Source: Alphaproteobacteria bacterium UBA1185 (GTDB lineage: Bacteria > Pseudomonadota > Alphaproteobacteria > Rs-D84). From it: a DNA stretch of 64,000 bases. The position numbers and the translations under genes were made by a program. The notes under the pieces are model-generated. The model made no database searches, was not told the DNA's origin, and worked only from the letters and a program-made list of their open reading frames with translations. Positions 20,846-29,697 of this stretch are shown here, one piece after another. Positions within the stretch are counted from its first letter, which is position 1; each line of letters opens with the position of its first letter. The stretch is from the NCBI GenBank assembly GCA_002310415.1, contig DBYN01000006.1:4996-68995 (forward strand). The letters run 5' to 3'.

Positions 20846-21936
20846 AAAAAGTTCTTTTTAATTTGACAGACGGCGAATTAAATCAATTTGTAATTGATAT
20901 GGGTTTGCCACGTTTTCGTGCAAAACAAATACGTGAATGGTTGAATCGTGGTGCGCCTGATTTTTCTGTGATGAAGAATTTGCCAATTGATTTACGTGAA
21001 AAATTAAATCAGGTTGCCGAAACTTTGCCGGTTAAAATTGTACAAAAATTGGAAAGTAAAGATAACCAGACAACCAAATTTTTATTGGAATTGAATGATT
21101 GTGAACAAATAGAATGTGTTTTGATGCGCACAACATACGGTAACAGTGTTTGCGTCAGTTCCCAGGCTGGTTGTGCCATGGGATGTAAATTTTGTGCCAG
21201 CACATTATTAGGTTTAAAGCGTAATTTAACAATAAATGAAATGTTTGCCCAGGTTTTGGTTGCACAGTGGGAATTACGGGGCGATAAATTAAACGACACA
21301 CGTCCGAACGGTGATGCAAATAATAACGATGTTTCGCATATTGTCGTTATGGGAACGGGCGAACCATTACAAAACACTGAAAATGTAATTGGATTTTTAG
21401 AACGTGCAAACAATGAATTAAATATTTCTTGGCGTCGAATCACAGTATCAACCTGTGGCATAGTTTCGGGCATAGACGCGTTAAACACATGGGGACGACC
21501 AATCAACCTGGCAATATCATTACACGCGCCAGACGACGATTTACGCACGCAAATAATGCCCATAAATAATCGATACAAGATAGCCGAAGTTTTAGATGCT
21601 GCATTTCGGTTTTCGGACACCCATAATCGTCAGTTAATGATTGAATATATATTATTAGGTAAAAAGAATGCAGACGGTGAAATAGAATTGTTTAATTCAT
21701 CGCCAGAACATGCTGAAAAGTTATCGAATTTAATGCGTGGACACAATGTAATGGTGAATTTGATTCCTTGGAACGCAGTTGATGAACGTGATTTTGCATC
21801 TATTTCCGGCAACGCAGTTCACAGATTTCAAGATATTTTAATAAAAAACGGTGTACACACACGAATAAGACGTGAACGTGGTGCAGACATTGGTTCTGCA
21901 TGTGGTCAGTTAAGATTAAAAAACGCAAAGAGATAA
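20842..21936 (+). CDS. rlmN: 23S rRNA/tRNA (adenine-C2)-methyltransferase RlmN (radical SAM)
   Basis: Radical SAM cluster motif CAMGCKFCAS, FRAKQIREW N-terminus, C-terminal GSACGQL. Confidence 0.9.
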   Translation: MKKVLFNLTDGELNQFVIDMGLPRFRAKQIREWLNRGAPDFSVMKNLPIDLREKLNQVAETLPVKIVQKLESKDNQTTKFLLELNDCEQIECVLMRTTYGNSVCVSSQAGCAMGCKFCASTLLGLKRNLTINEMFAQVLVAQWELRGDKLNDTRPNGDANNNDVSHIVVMGTGEPLQNTENVIGFLERANNELNISWRRITVSTCGIVSGIDALNTWGRPINLAISLHAPDDDLRTQIMPINNRYKIAEVLDAAFRFSDTHNRQLMIEYILLGKKNADGEIELFNSSPEHAEKLSNLMRGHNVMVNLIPWNAVDERDFASISGNAVHRFQDILIKNGVHTRIRRERGADIGSACGQLRLKNAKR

Positions 21937-21976
21937 AAAATCACCCCGAAGATTTAAATCTTTGGGGTGATTTTTT
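21937..21976. terminator. Bidirectional intrinsic terminator
   Basis: AAAAA-TCACCCCGAAGATTT/AAATCTTTGGGGTGA-TTTTTT between convergent rlmN and the 21996-23783 gene. Confidence 0.7.
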
Positions 21977-21995
21977 ATACTTTTTAACATTGCGA

Positions 21996-23783
21996 TTAAT
22001 AATTCACATCAATGATACAATCGCCATTAAACCATTTCACTTTATATGATTTATTATTAAAATCGTCCTTAATTTTTTTCATAAAATCATTTATGGTGTT
22101 ACATTGTTTTTCAGTAATACCACCGCAAGAGGAAAATGTATAACTATAATCACCATTTACAACATTTTCACACGCATATCTCAACACACCTGTTCTTCTT
22201 TCGGTGTCAACCACTTCATCCAAATCGTCAAATTTGAATATATATTTTAGTTCTTGACCTATATCATTTCTGTATTTACATGTTAACCAATCATCGTTGT
22301 CTCTTGTTTCGTATTTGGAATCACAATTAACTGTTGCTCTCCCTATCTCTTCACTACGATACCTTTGTAACCAATCTTTGGCCATTTGTATCCCCATAAG
22401 AGGTTTAACCTGAATTTTACCGAGTTCGGTTATTGTTTCTATCGGATTGAAACAAGCGCCACGTGTTGGGTTGTATAACCATCCATCTGAACAAGTAATA
22501 TCAGAGAAATTAATATGATACGTACCATCTGTACACTCAATTTCATAAGTATATTTTGTACCAGATTTATAATATTTTCTGGGATTTTCCCCGTTATGAA
22601 GGTAACACTCTTTGTCCTGTACAGGCTCAAATATAGCATTATCTAAACTAAAATCCGATTTTACAACGCCTTTGTTAAAGGTAAATATGCTATTTTGGGG
22701 CTCTGTGTTTTTACCTGGTTCTTCATTTGGTTGTTGAGGCTTTTCCTGAACTGGTACATTTTTATCTTCTGGGTTTGTTGGATTATTATCACCATCCCCT
22801 TTCTTAACATCACCATCATCTATGTCGTCAAATTTTACATACAGACGATTTGGTTTTGTGCCAGTTTTGCAATTAAACACTTTGGTTTTATCATCATGTT
22901 TTTTGACAGTATTATCCGGACAAACATCATCGCCTAATTTTTTACTTACTGCAACACTGTCCATATCTTCGGTTTTTGTTTTATCGGCAACATGAATCGT
23001 ACAAGAATTTTCTGCATCACCCTTGGTTGGTTTACCAGTGCATGCCGCCAAGAATGCAGCATCAATTTTTGCTTTTTCGTCTTCACCAGTCGGTGCAGGT
23101 TTTGTTGGCTCTGTTTTTTCTGGTTGTACTTCTGGTTTTGTTTCTGCTTTGGGTTGTTCCACTGGCGCATCTGGTTGTGGCTTGGATTCTTCTTTTTTAG
23201 TTTCCGCCGGAACTTCCGCCTTTACTTTACCAGTTGCCTTGTAATCGTCTTTGGTACATTCAAAACTATCGTCACCACCCGAACATGTCATATTCAACAA
23301 TTCAGAAAACATTTTGTGTGCTTTGTCTAATTGATTTTTATCAACATCATTAACAGCACAAGTTTTATCGTTCGGTGTTCCTTGGGCATCTTTACATATT
23401 TGTGCAAACTCTTGTGCAAACTGTTCCGCTGCTTTTTGTGCTGCTTCTTCCTTGCGTTTTTCTTCAACTCTTTTGTCCTGTTCCGCTTGCAGTTTTTCTT
23501 GTCTGTCTTCCTCTGTCTTTAATGCTTTTTTCGCCTTATTAACATCTTCCTTGGCGTTATTTAAAACCACAGCCTCTGCAATATTACCCGCAACACCAAC
23601 CGCAGTTAATCCCAACGTGGATATACCAGCAATTTTCAAAGCCTTGGTGGTGCCCTTGCAATCTTCCAGTTTTTTCATCTTTTGTTGCTTTTCAGCAATC
23701 AACTGGGCAACACGCGGATGTTCCGCAAAACATGCGCCAGAAACCAAACTTAATATCAATCCAAATGTTAAATATTTTTTCAT
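21996..23783 (-). CDS. Secreted glycine-zipper/coiled-coil protein with Pro/Lys/Glu linker and Cys-containing C-terminal modules (family member A)
   Basis: 595 aa. Signal peptide MKKYLTFGLILSLVSGACFA|EHP. 54 residues (EHPRVAQL...NIAEAVVL) identical to the neighbour at 23878-26202. Repeated C...C...YVKFDDI / YIFKFDDL type modules. Confidence 0.6.
   Translation of the reverse strand: MKKYLTFGLILSLVSGACFAEHPRVAQLIAEKQQKMKKLEDCKGTTKALKIAGISTLGLTAVGVAGNIAEAVVLNNAKEDVNKAKKALKTEEDRQEKLQAEQDKRVEEKRKEEAAQKAAEQFAQEFAQICKDAQGTPNDKTCAVNDVDKNQLDKAHKMFSELLNMTCSGGDDSFECTKDDYKATGKVKAEVPAETKKEESKPQPDAPVEQPKAETKPEVQPEKTEPTKPAPTGEDEKAKIDAAFLAACTGKPTKGDAENSCTIHVADKTKTEDMDSVAVSKKLGDDVCPDNTVKKHDDKTKVFNCKTGTKPNRLYVKFDDIDDGDVKKGDGDNNPTNPEDKNVPVQEKPQQPNEEPGKNTEPQNSIFTFNKGVVKSDFSLDNAIFEPVQDKECYLHNGENPRKYYKSGTKYTYEIECTDGTYHINFSDITCSDGWLYNPTRGACFNPIETITELGKIQVKPLMGIQMAKDWLQRYRSEEIGRATVNCDSKYETRDNDDWLTCKYRNDIGQELKYIFKFDDLDEVVDTERRTGVLRYACENVVNGDYSYTFSSCGGITEKQCNTINDFMKKIKDDFNNKSYKVKWFNGDCIIDVNY
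23578..23723 (-). repeat. 146-nt near-identical segment shared with 25997-26142 (copy 1)
   Basis: I aligned the two by eye and found 2 mismatches in 146 nt. Flanking coding sequence is clearly more diverged. Confidence 0.85.
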
Positions 23784-23877
23784 ACTGGTATACCTTTTTG
23801 TTATACTTAATTGTATTAATTGATGGTCGTGGATTTAATTTTACCTTCTGAACCTTAAAAACCTCTTGATCTACAGG

Positions 23878-26202
23878 TTATTCTTTTTGAATATTGGTAA
23901 ACTTGAACTTATACTCGTTTCCATAGTCATCTGTACACGTTCTATCAGGACCCGACGATGGCCTGCAACCGCTCAAAAATATATATTTTGCGGTTTCTTC
24001 AGGGATACCCTTTCCTTTTATAAATTCCACTATTTTGTCTCCAACAGTAAGCCTATTACCTTTCTTTGTTTCATATACTGCATCATCAAAAGTTTTCGAA
24101 AACCGTTGATTATATACGCCTTTGGGTTCAGACTTTGCAGAAGTGATTTTTTCAAAAAACAAAATATGTTTATCATTATTAATATCTGTACAAGTCACTT
24201 CCTCTTTCTCTTTAATATTTGATGGACATTTGTACTGCTTATCACTAAATCCTTTACCTTTAAAATACTCTTTTATCTTGGATTTAACACCGTTGATATC
24301 ACCTGTTTCATAAGTTTCACCATCAAAAACCTTTTTTTCGTATGTTTTTGGCAAAGAACGTCCAGGTATACCCGCCGCTTTTGTTTCTGTCCCTTTTTTC
24401 ACGTAGAAACTCAACCTGCCATCTTGAGCAGATGTGTGTTTACTATTGCAACTAACACTCCATTCGGAATCTGTATCTAATCCATCACACTCACAATCAG
24501 TTAAACCCAATTCTGGAGCTTTTTTGTTCGCTTGTTTTACAAAATTTACGGCATCATCACAAGTTTTAGCGGTTTGTTTTGATAACCATTCTGTAGAATC
24601 TGTGACAAGATCATTGCCACCTTTGATATTTTGTAGTTTTTCCTCTTTTGTTACTATTTTTTTCTCTTCTGCATCTTGTACTATTTTTGCCTCTTCTGCA
24701 CCTTGTACACCAGATCCAGATGCATTCAAAGTATCCTTGTTATTCCAATTAACAATTATGGTTGCAACTTCATCATAATCATCATCATACACGGTGCACT
24801 TCAATTTTCCCTTCCCTGCACTTTCACACTCAACATCCTTATATTTATATTTTAAAAGCTCTACTACCACTCGCGCTTGTGCCGCCTCTATTGCCTGACC
24901 TTCAGAATCATACACGCCACTCATATCCCAAGTTTTGGGTATTACATTACCATTGCCTTGTTCGCTGTTTTGGTTTGCTTTTGGTAATTCATTATTTTTG
25001 TTCCCTGTTGTTTTTATACATTCACCTTTTTTTGAATCCCATTTTCTTTCATCGCCCTGGCATTCTACACCACGAAATGTAACATACATAACATTCTTTT
25101 TGGCTTGTTCACCACAACCAATCGTAAATCTTGTCTTTTCAGATGTTGTTAAATCTTGAACAAAATGTCCAGAATAACAATTTATTCTGTCAAAATCTGT
25201 TTCGTCTGTTATACGCTCTTCAACTCTTCTAACAACAGCAGTCAAAGCCTTTTGACCTTCGGCGACGGACAACGCCTCATCAAACTCCATTTGACAAGCT
25301 TGACCATCTGGCTGTGTTCCCCCCAATGATTCACAATATTTTCTATTTGGTGTTTGAATTTCTTCAAATACAACACGAACATGCATACCACTGCATTCTG
25401 TGTCGTATGTGGTATTTGAATAAGAAGTCGACCTTTTGCACGATGCGTTGTTAACATATCCCTGAACTTCGTTGTAAATTTCATTGATAGCAACAGTTAT
25501 ATTAGTTTTGTCAATAATACAAACATCTTCGGCTTCGTTATAGTTACCAGACCAATCGCTATTACACACTTTAATCAATTTTTTCTTGGCATCAAGTTTA
25601 TTTTTTTCAGATTGTGTTATAGATGTACCACCAAACTGAACACGTACAGACATACCATCACATTTTGCATCAAATGTATTGCTGGTGCTGGTTTCACGAA
25701 CATTTTCACAAACACCACCCACAATTTTGCTTATTTCACTTTGCGCATTTTCTTTTATTTTTAATTCAGTAGAAGATGTTATACGACAAACACTGTCTAC
25801 AAAACTTGCAGTTTGACCGTCTTTTGTTAAATTAATACATTTAGAACCATATTTTGCTTTTGCTTCTGCCTCGGCGGCTTTGGCTTCTTGTTCTTCTTTT
25901 TGGGACTGCAATTCTTCTTGTCTTTCTTCCTGTTTCTTTAATTCAGATTTAGCCTTTTTAACATCGTCTTTGGCATTGCTTAACACCACCGCTTCGGCAA
26001 TATTACCCGCAACACCAACCGCAGTTAAACCCAACGTGGATATACCAGCAATTTTCAAAGCCTTGGTGGTACCCTTGCAATCTTCCAGTTTTTTCATCTT
26101 TTGTTGCTTTTCAGCAATCAACTGGGCAACACGCGGATGTTCAGCCGCACAAAGCCCCGGTATTAACGATATTATCAAACTGGATATAATTGCTTTTTTC
26201 AT
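23878..26202 (-). CDS. Secreted glycine-zipper/coiled-coil protein with multiple Cys modules (family member B)
   Basis: 774 aa. Signal peptide MKKAIISSLIISLIPGLCAA|EHP, the same 54-aa core, a coiled coil, then three 4-Cys modules ending SVRVQFGG / HVRVVFEE / MYVTFRGV, plus 2-Cys modules ending KFKFTNI. Confidence 0.6.
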   Translation of the reverse strand: MKKAIISSLIISLIPGLCAAEHPRVAQLIAEKQQKMKKLEDCKGTTKALKIAGISTLGLTAVGVAGNIAEAVVLSNAKDDVKKAKSELKKQEERQEELQSQKEEQEAKAAEAEAKAKYGSKCINLTKDGQTASFVDSVCRITSSTELKIKENAQSEISKIVGGVCENVRETSTSNTFDAKCDGMSVRVQFGGTSITQSEKNKLDAKKKLIKVCNSDWSGNYNEAEDVCIIDKTNITVAINEIYNEVQGYVNNASCKRSTSYSNTTYDTECSGMHVRVVFEEIQTPNRKYCESLGGTQPDGQACQMEFDEALSVAEGQKALTAVVRRVEERITDETDFDRINCYSGHFVQDLTTSEKTRFTIGCGEQAKKNVMYVTFRGVECQGDERKWDSKKGECIKTTGNKNNELPKANQNSEQGNGNVIPKTWDMSGVYDSEGQAIEAAQARVVVELLKYKYKDVECESAGKGKLKCTVYDDDYDEVATIIVNWNNKDTLNASGSGVQGAEEAKIVQDAEEKKIVTKEEKLQNIKGGNDLVTDSTEWLSKQTAKTCDDAVNFVKQANKKAPELGLTDCECDGLDTDSEWSVSCNSKHTSAQDGRLSFYVKKGTETKAAGIPGRSLPKTYEKKVFDGETYETGDINGVKSKIKEYFKGKGFSDKQYKCPSNIKEKEEVTCTDINNDKHILFFEKITSAKSEPKGVYNQRFSKTFDDAVYETKKGNRLTVGDKIVEFIKGKGIPEETAKYIFLSGCRPSSGPDRTCTDDYGNEYKFKFTNIQKE
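25997..26142 (-). repeat. 146-nt near-identical segment shared with 23578-23723 (copy 2)
   Basis: See copy 1. Confidence 0.85.
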
Positions 26203-26216
26203 GGTCGCAGTCCTTT

Positions 26217-26244
26217 TAAAATAATCTGGTTAAAATAATCTGGT
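26217..26244. repeat. Perfect tandem duplication of a 14-mer (TAAAATAATCTGGT x2) in a 43-nt intergenic spacer
   Basis: Read directly at 26217-26230 and 26231-26244, between the stop of family member C and the RBS/start of member B. Confidence 0.9.
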
Positions 26245-26245
26245 A

Positions 26246-26644
26246 TTATTCATTTCCTTTTAATTCTTTTGCTGTACTTTCATTTTTTTCTTTCAAATCT
26301 TTAGTTTTGGCTTTGACGTCCTTTAACTCACTTTTCTTATTGCTTATCTGAACCCCTTGTGCAATAGCGGCGATACCAGTTGCCAACACACCAGCACCAC
26401 CAATCACAGTACCAGCAATCCAACCTTTCTTGCTTTTTTCGCACTTTTTAATTTCAGAATCCAATATACGAATGTCGTTTTCCAAAATCTGAATGTTGCG
26501 CGCATCTTCCATTGTCAATTCTGGATATGCAGGTCCATAAGAACCATACGGATCAGCATTAGAATTATTCACAACCAATGCAGCATTCGCAGTACAACAA
26601 ACACCGGCAAACATGCCAGAAACCAACAAAATTTTAGTTTTCAT
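26246..26644 (-). CDS. Small secreted glycine-zipper/coiled-coil protein (family member C)
   Basis: Preferred start MKTKILLVSGMFAGVCCTANA (ATG at 26644; the ORF-track start 26707 is an extension). KKCEKSKKGWIAGTVIGGAGVLATGIAAIAQGV then a Lys/Glu coiled coil. Same layout as the N-termini of A and B. Confidence 0.55.
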   Translation of the reverse strand: MKTKILLVSGMFAGVCCTANAALVVNNSNADPYGSYGPAYPELTMEDARNIQILENDIRILDSEIKKCEKSKKGWIAGTVIGGAGVLATGIAAIAQGVQISNKKSELKDVKAKTKDLKEKNESTAKELKGNE

Positions 26645-26780
26645 AGTAAATCTCCTACTTTGATACTTATGGGTATTATACCATAAAAGCACCCCGATAA
26701 AAAGCAAAAATTAATATCTTTTTAAAATTAATTTTGATGTGGGTAAAACAAAATCACATTCGCTCCGCTCGATTATACTA

Positions 26781-26809
26781 ATCGCGACGGAGCGAAGCGA
26801 AGACGGATG
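26781..26809. repeat. GC-rich 29-nt dispersed repeat, copy 1 (abuts the tRNA-Val 3' end)
   Basis: ATCGCGACGGAGCGAAGCGAAGACGGATG matches 45783-45811 (ATCGCGACGTAGCAAAGCGAAGACGGATG) at 27 of 29 positions. Confidence 0.8.
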
Positions 26810-26884
26810 GTGGATGTTAAGGGACTCGAACCCCTGACCCTCTGCGTGTAAAGCAGATGCTCTAGCCAACTGAGCTAAACATCC
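26808..26884 (-). tRNA. tRNA-Val (anticodon TAC), CCA encoded
   Basis: Manual cloverleaf: acceptor GGATGTT/AACATCC, D arm GCTC-AGTTGGCTA-GAGC, anticodon arm TCTGC-TTTACAC-GCAGA, T arm AGGGG-TTCGAGT-CCCTT, then ACCA. Confidence 0.9.
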
Positions 26885-26899
26885 AAGCAAAGCAGGCTT

Positions 26900-26928
26900 A
26901 TAATAATCTGTTTTTTTTGTATTGTCCA
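26900..26928 (-). promoter_or_regulatory. Candidate promoter for tRNA-Val(TAC)
   Basis: On the minus strand: TGGACA, 17 nt, TATTAT. The -10 element ends 15 nt upstream of the mature tRNA 5' end. Confidence 0.35.
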
Positions 26929-26938
26929 GTTTTTTTTA

Positions 26939-27232
26939 TTATTCTGATGTCGCGCCCGTTATTTCAGACATTTTTTTATCAATCAAAATATCAGCCTTGG
27001 TTTTTGCATCCTTATATGCCAATGTAACCAATTCAGATAAATTCTCCGACCCAGTAGACAAAGCATTTTTATCAATTTTGACATCTATAACATCGTATTT
27101 ACCGGTCATATCAACAACAACCATTCCATTTCCAGAAACGCCCTTGACGTGCATGGTTGCAAGTGCGTCTTGGGCTGCTGATATTTGGCTTTGCAATGAT
27201 TGAGCCTGGGCCATCAATGATTCCATATTCAT
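26939..27232 (-). CDS. ybaB: Nucleoid-associated protein YbaB/EbfC
   Basis: 97 aa. MESLMAQAQSLQSQISAAQ...VSGNGMVVVDMTGKYDVIDVKID is typical of the family. Confidence 0.85.
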   Translation of the reverse strand: MNMESLMAQAQSLQSQISAAQDALATMHVKGVSGNGMVVVDMTGKYDVIDVKIDKNALSTGSENLSELVTLAYKDAKTKADILIDKKMSEITGATSE

Positions 27233-27251
27233 TGTTCTTCCTTTGATTATG

Positions 27252-27277
27252 TTAAAAATGGGCGGAAAAATCCGCCC
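27252..27277 (-). terminator. Intrinsic terminator downstream of pnp
   Basis: Minus strand reads GGGCGGA-TTTT-TCCGCCC followed by ATTTTTAAC. Confidence 0.65.
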
Positions 27278-27286
27278 TATGTTTCA

Positions 27287-29446
27287 TTATTTTTCTTTAC
27301 CTGTTTTTTGATCAATACCGACCATTGACATACGTGTTTTACCACGCTTGTCAGCACCCAAATATCTTACATAAACAGTGTCACCGACCTTTAATTTAGA
27401 ATCTTCGATTTTTTCCAGTCTTTCACCTGTGATTTCAGAAATATGAACCATAGATTCAAAGCCTTTCAAAATCTTTACGAACAAACCAAAGTCTTTGATA
27501 CCAGAAATAGTTCCTTGGTATATTTCGCCAACTTCTGGTTCTGCAACAATATCTTTGATACGATTCATCGCAGCATCTGCGTCTTCTTGACTGGATGCCA
27601 TGATTTTAATTGTTCCATCATCTTCTAATTCAATCTGAGTATTTGTATCACGTGTCAAAGCCTGAATCACAGAGCCACCTTTGCCAATAACATCGCGCAC
27701 TTTGTCTGGATTGATTTTCATTGTATAAGACTGTGGCGCAAATTCAGACAATTGTTTGCGTGGTGCCTTGATAGCCTTTTCAATTTTGCCCAAAATGTGC
27801 ATACGACCATCTTTTGCCTGAGCCAATGCGCGTTCCATGATTTCAAATGTAATAGATGTGATTTTAATATCCATCTGTAATGCAGTAATACCGCGGTCTG
27901 TACCAGTTACTTTGAAATCCATATCGCCCAAATGGTCTTCGTCACCCAAAATATCTGTCAAGATTGCATAATCATCGCCTTCTTTAATCAACCCCATCGC
28001 GATACCAGCAACAGGTCTTTTCATTGGAACACCACCGTCCATCATAGCCAATGTTGCGCCACATGTTGTCGCCATAGAAGACGAGCCGTTTGATTCCAAA
28101 ATATCAGAACAAACACGAATTACGTAATCAAACTCTGAACGAGTTGGAACCATAGGATGAACCGCACGCCATGCCAGGTTTCCATGTCCCAATTCACGAC
28201 GACCCGGTGATTTTAAACCCTTAACTTCACCAACTGCATAGCCCGGGAAATTATAATTCAAAATAAAATCACGCTCTTCATCACCATCCAAAGATTCCAT
28301 TGGCAAAGCATCTTTGCCACCACCTAGTGTCAAAGATACCAATGCCTGGGTTTCACCACGTGTGAACAATGCAGAACCATGTGCGCGTGGCAATATACCC
28401 AATTCAATTTCAATTGGACGAACAGTTTTGGTATCACGACCATCAATACGGGGTTTACCCGCCAATATATTTCCACGCATAATACGCGCAGTTATATTTT
28501 CAACAATTTCATCTGCCCAAGATTCCAAAGTTGATGTGGCAGTTGTTGTATCTGGGAACAATTCTGGAATACGAGTTTTTGCAGTTGCATGTATTTGTGC
28601 CAAAGTATCCAGACGAACCAATTTTTCTTTAATCTGTAATGCTTTTTCAATATCGCCAGCATATTGTTTAAAATCCTGTTCCATAGCGATATATTCAGGT
28701 GTTTTTTCAGGCACAGCCCAAGCATCTTTACCGGCTTTGTCTTTAAGTTCGTTAATTGCTTTAATTACAGTCTGTTGAGCATCAAACCCAAATTTCACAG
28801 CACCCAAAGTTGTCTTTTCATCTAATTCACCGATTTCAGATTCAACCATCAACACACCATCTTTGGTCGCAGCAACAACCAAATCCATTTCAGAATCTTC
28901 AACTTCTTTCTTGGACGGATTTAACAGATATTGACCATCTTTATAGCCAACGCGTGCCGCACCAATTGGACCCGAAAAAGGAACACCAGATAAAACTAAT
29001 GCTGCACTGGACGCAATCATAGCCAAAATATCAGGTTGATTTTTCTTGTCATAAGAAAACACCTGGGCAATTATTTGAACTTTGTTTTTAAAAGTTTCTG
29101 GGAACAAAGGACGAATAGGTCTGTCGATAAGACGAGCAATCAAAGTTTCACTTACACTAGCTTTGCCCTCACGTCTGTCGCGCGAACCAGGAATACGACC
29201 AGCAGATGCAAATTTTTCCTGATAATCAACTGTCAAAGGAAAGAAATCTTGCCCTTCTACTGCGGTCTTTTCGGCACACACAGTTGCCAAAACCATCGTG
29301 CCACCCATAGTTGCCATAACAGCACCAGTCGCCTGTTTTGCATAACGACCCGTTTCCAATCTAACCGTTTCATCACCATATTGAAATTCAACAGCAACTG
29401 GATTATTCAATACATGTTTTTCACTTTTGTTAAATAAACCAAACAT
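27287..29446 (-). CDS. pnp: Polyribonucleotide nucleotidyltransferase (PNPase)
   Basis: 719 aa. Two RNase PH-like halves, a KH region (VIGKGGSVIQAL) and a C-terminal S1 domain (GEIYQGTISGIKDFGLFV). Confidence 0.95.
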   Translation of the reverse strand: MFGLFNKSEKHVLNNPVAVEFQYGDETVRLETGRYAKQATGAVMATMGGTMVLATVCAEKTAVEGQDFFPLTVDYQEKFASAGRIPGSRDRREGKASVSETLIARLIDRPIRPLFPETFKNKVQIIAQVFSYDKKNQPDILAMIASSAALVLSGVPFSGPIGAARVGYKDGQYLLNPSKKEVEDSEMDLVVAATKDGVLMVESEIGELDEKTTLGAVKFGFDAQQTVIKAINELKDKAGKDAWAVPEKTPEYIAMEQDFKQYAGDIEKALQIKEKLVRLDTLAQIHATAKTRIPELFPDTTTATSTLESWADEIVENITARIMRGNILAGKPRIDGRDTKTVRPIEIELGILPRAHGSALFTRGETQALVSLTLGGGKDALPMESLDGDEERDFILNYNFPGYAVGEVKGLKSPGRRELGHGNLAWRAVHPMVPTRSEFDYVIRVCSDILESNGSSSMATTCGATLAMMDGGVPMKRPVAGIAMGLIKEGDDYAILTDILGDEDHLGDMDFKVTGTDRGITALQMDIKITSITFEIMERALAQAKDGRMHILGKIEKAIKAPRKQLSEFAPQSYTMKINPDKVRDVIGKGGSVIQALTRDTNTQIELEDDGTIKIMASSQEDADAAMNRIKDIVAEPEVGEIYQGTISGIKDFGLFVKILKGFESMVHISEITGERLEKIEDSKLKVGDTVYVRYLGADKRGKTRMSMVGIDQKTGKEK

Positions 29447-29697
29447 TTTTATATCTCCATTTTTAGTTTGTTTCTTATTATGCGGAGATAAATTATTCGT
29501 TTTTGTATTCTTTGCACAAATACAAGAAAGAACAATTTCATCCCCTGCACTTTCGGACTAGAATTATATATCATATTTATCCATTTGCAACAAAAAAGCC
29601 TTGTTAATCTCATTAATATTAGATAAAAAACTAGTAATATCTGCTTAAAATTTATGATAAAGTACAAAGTATACAGAAAACAATACAGGAGAAAAAT

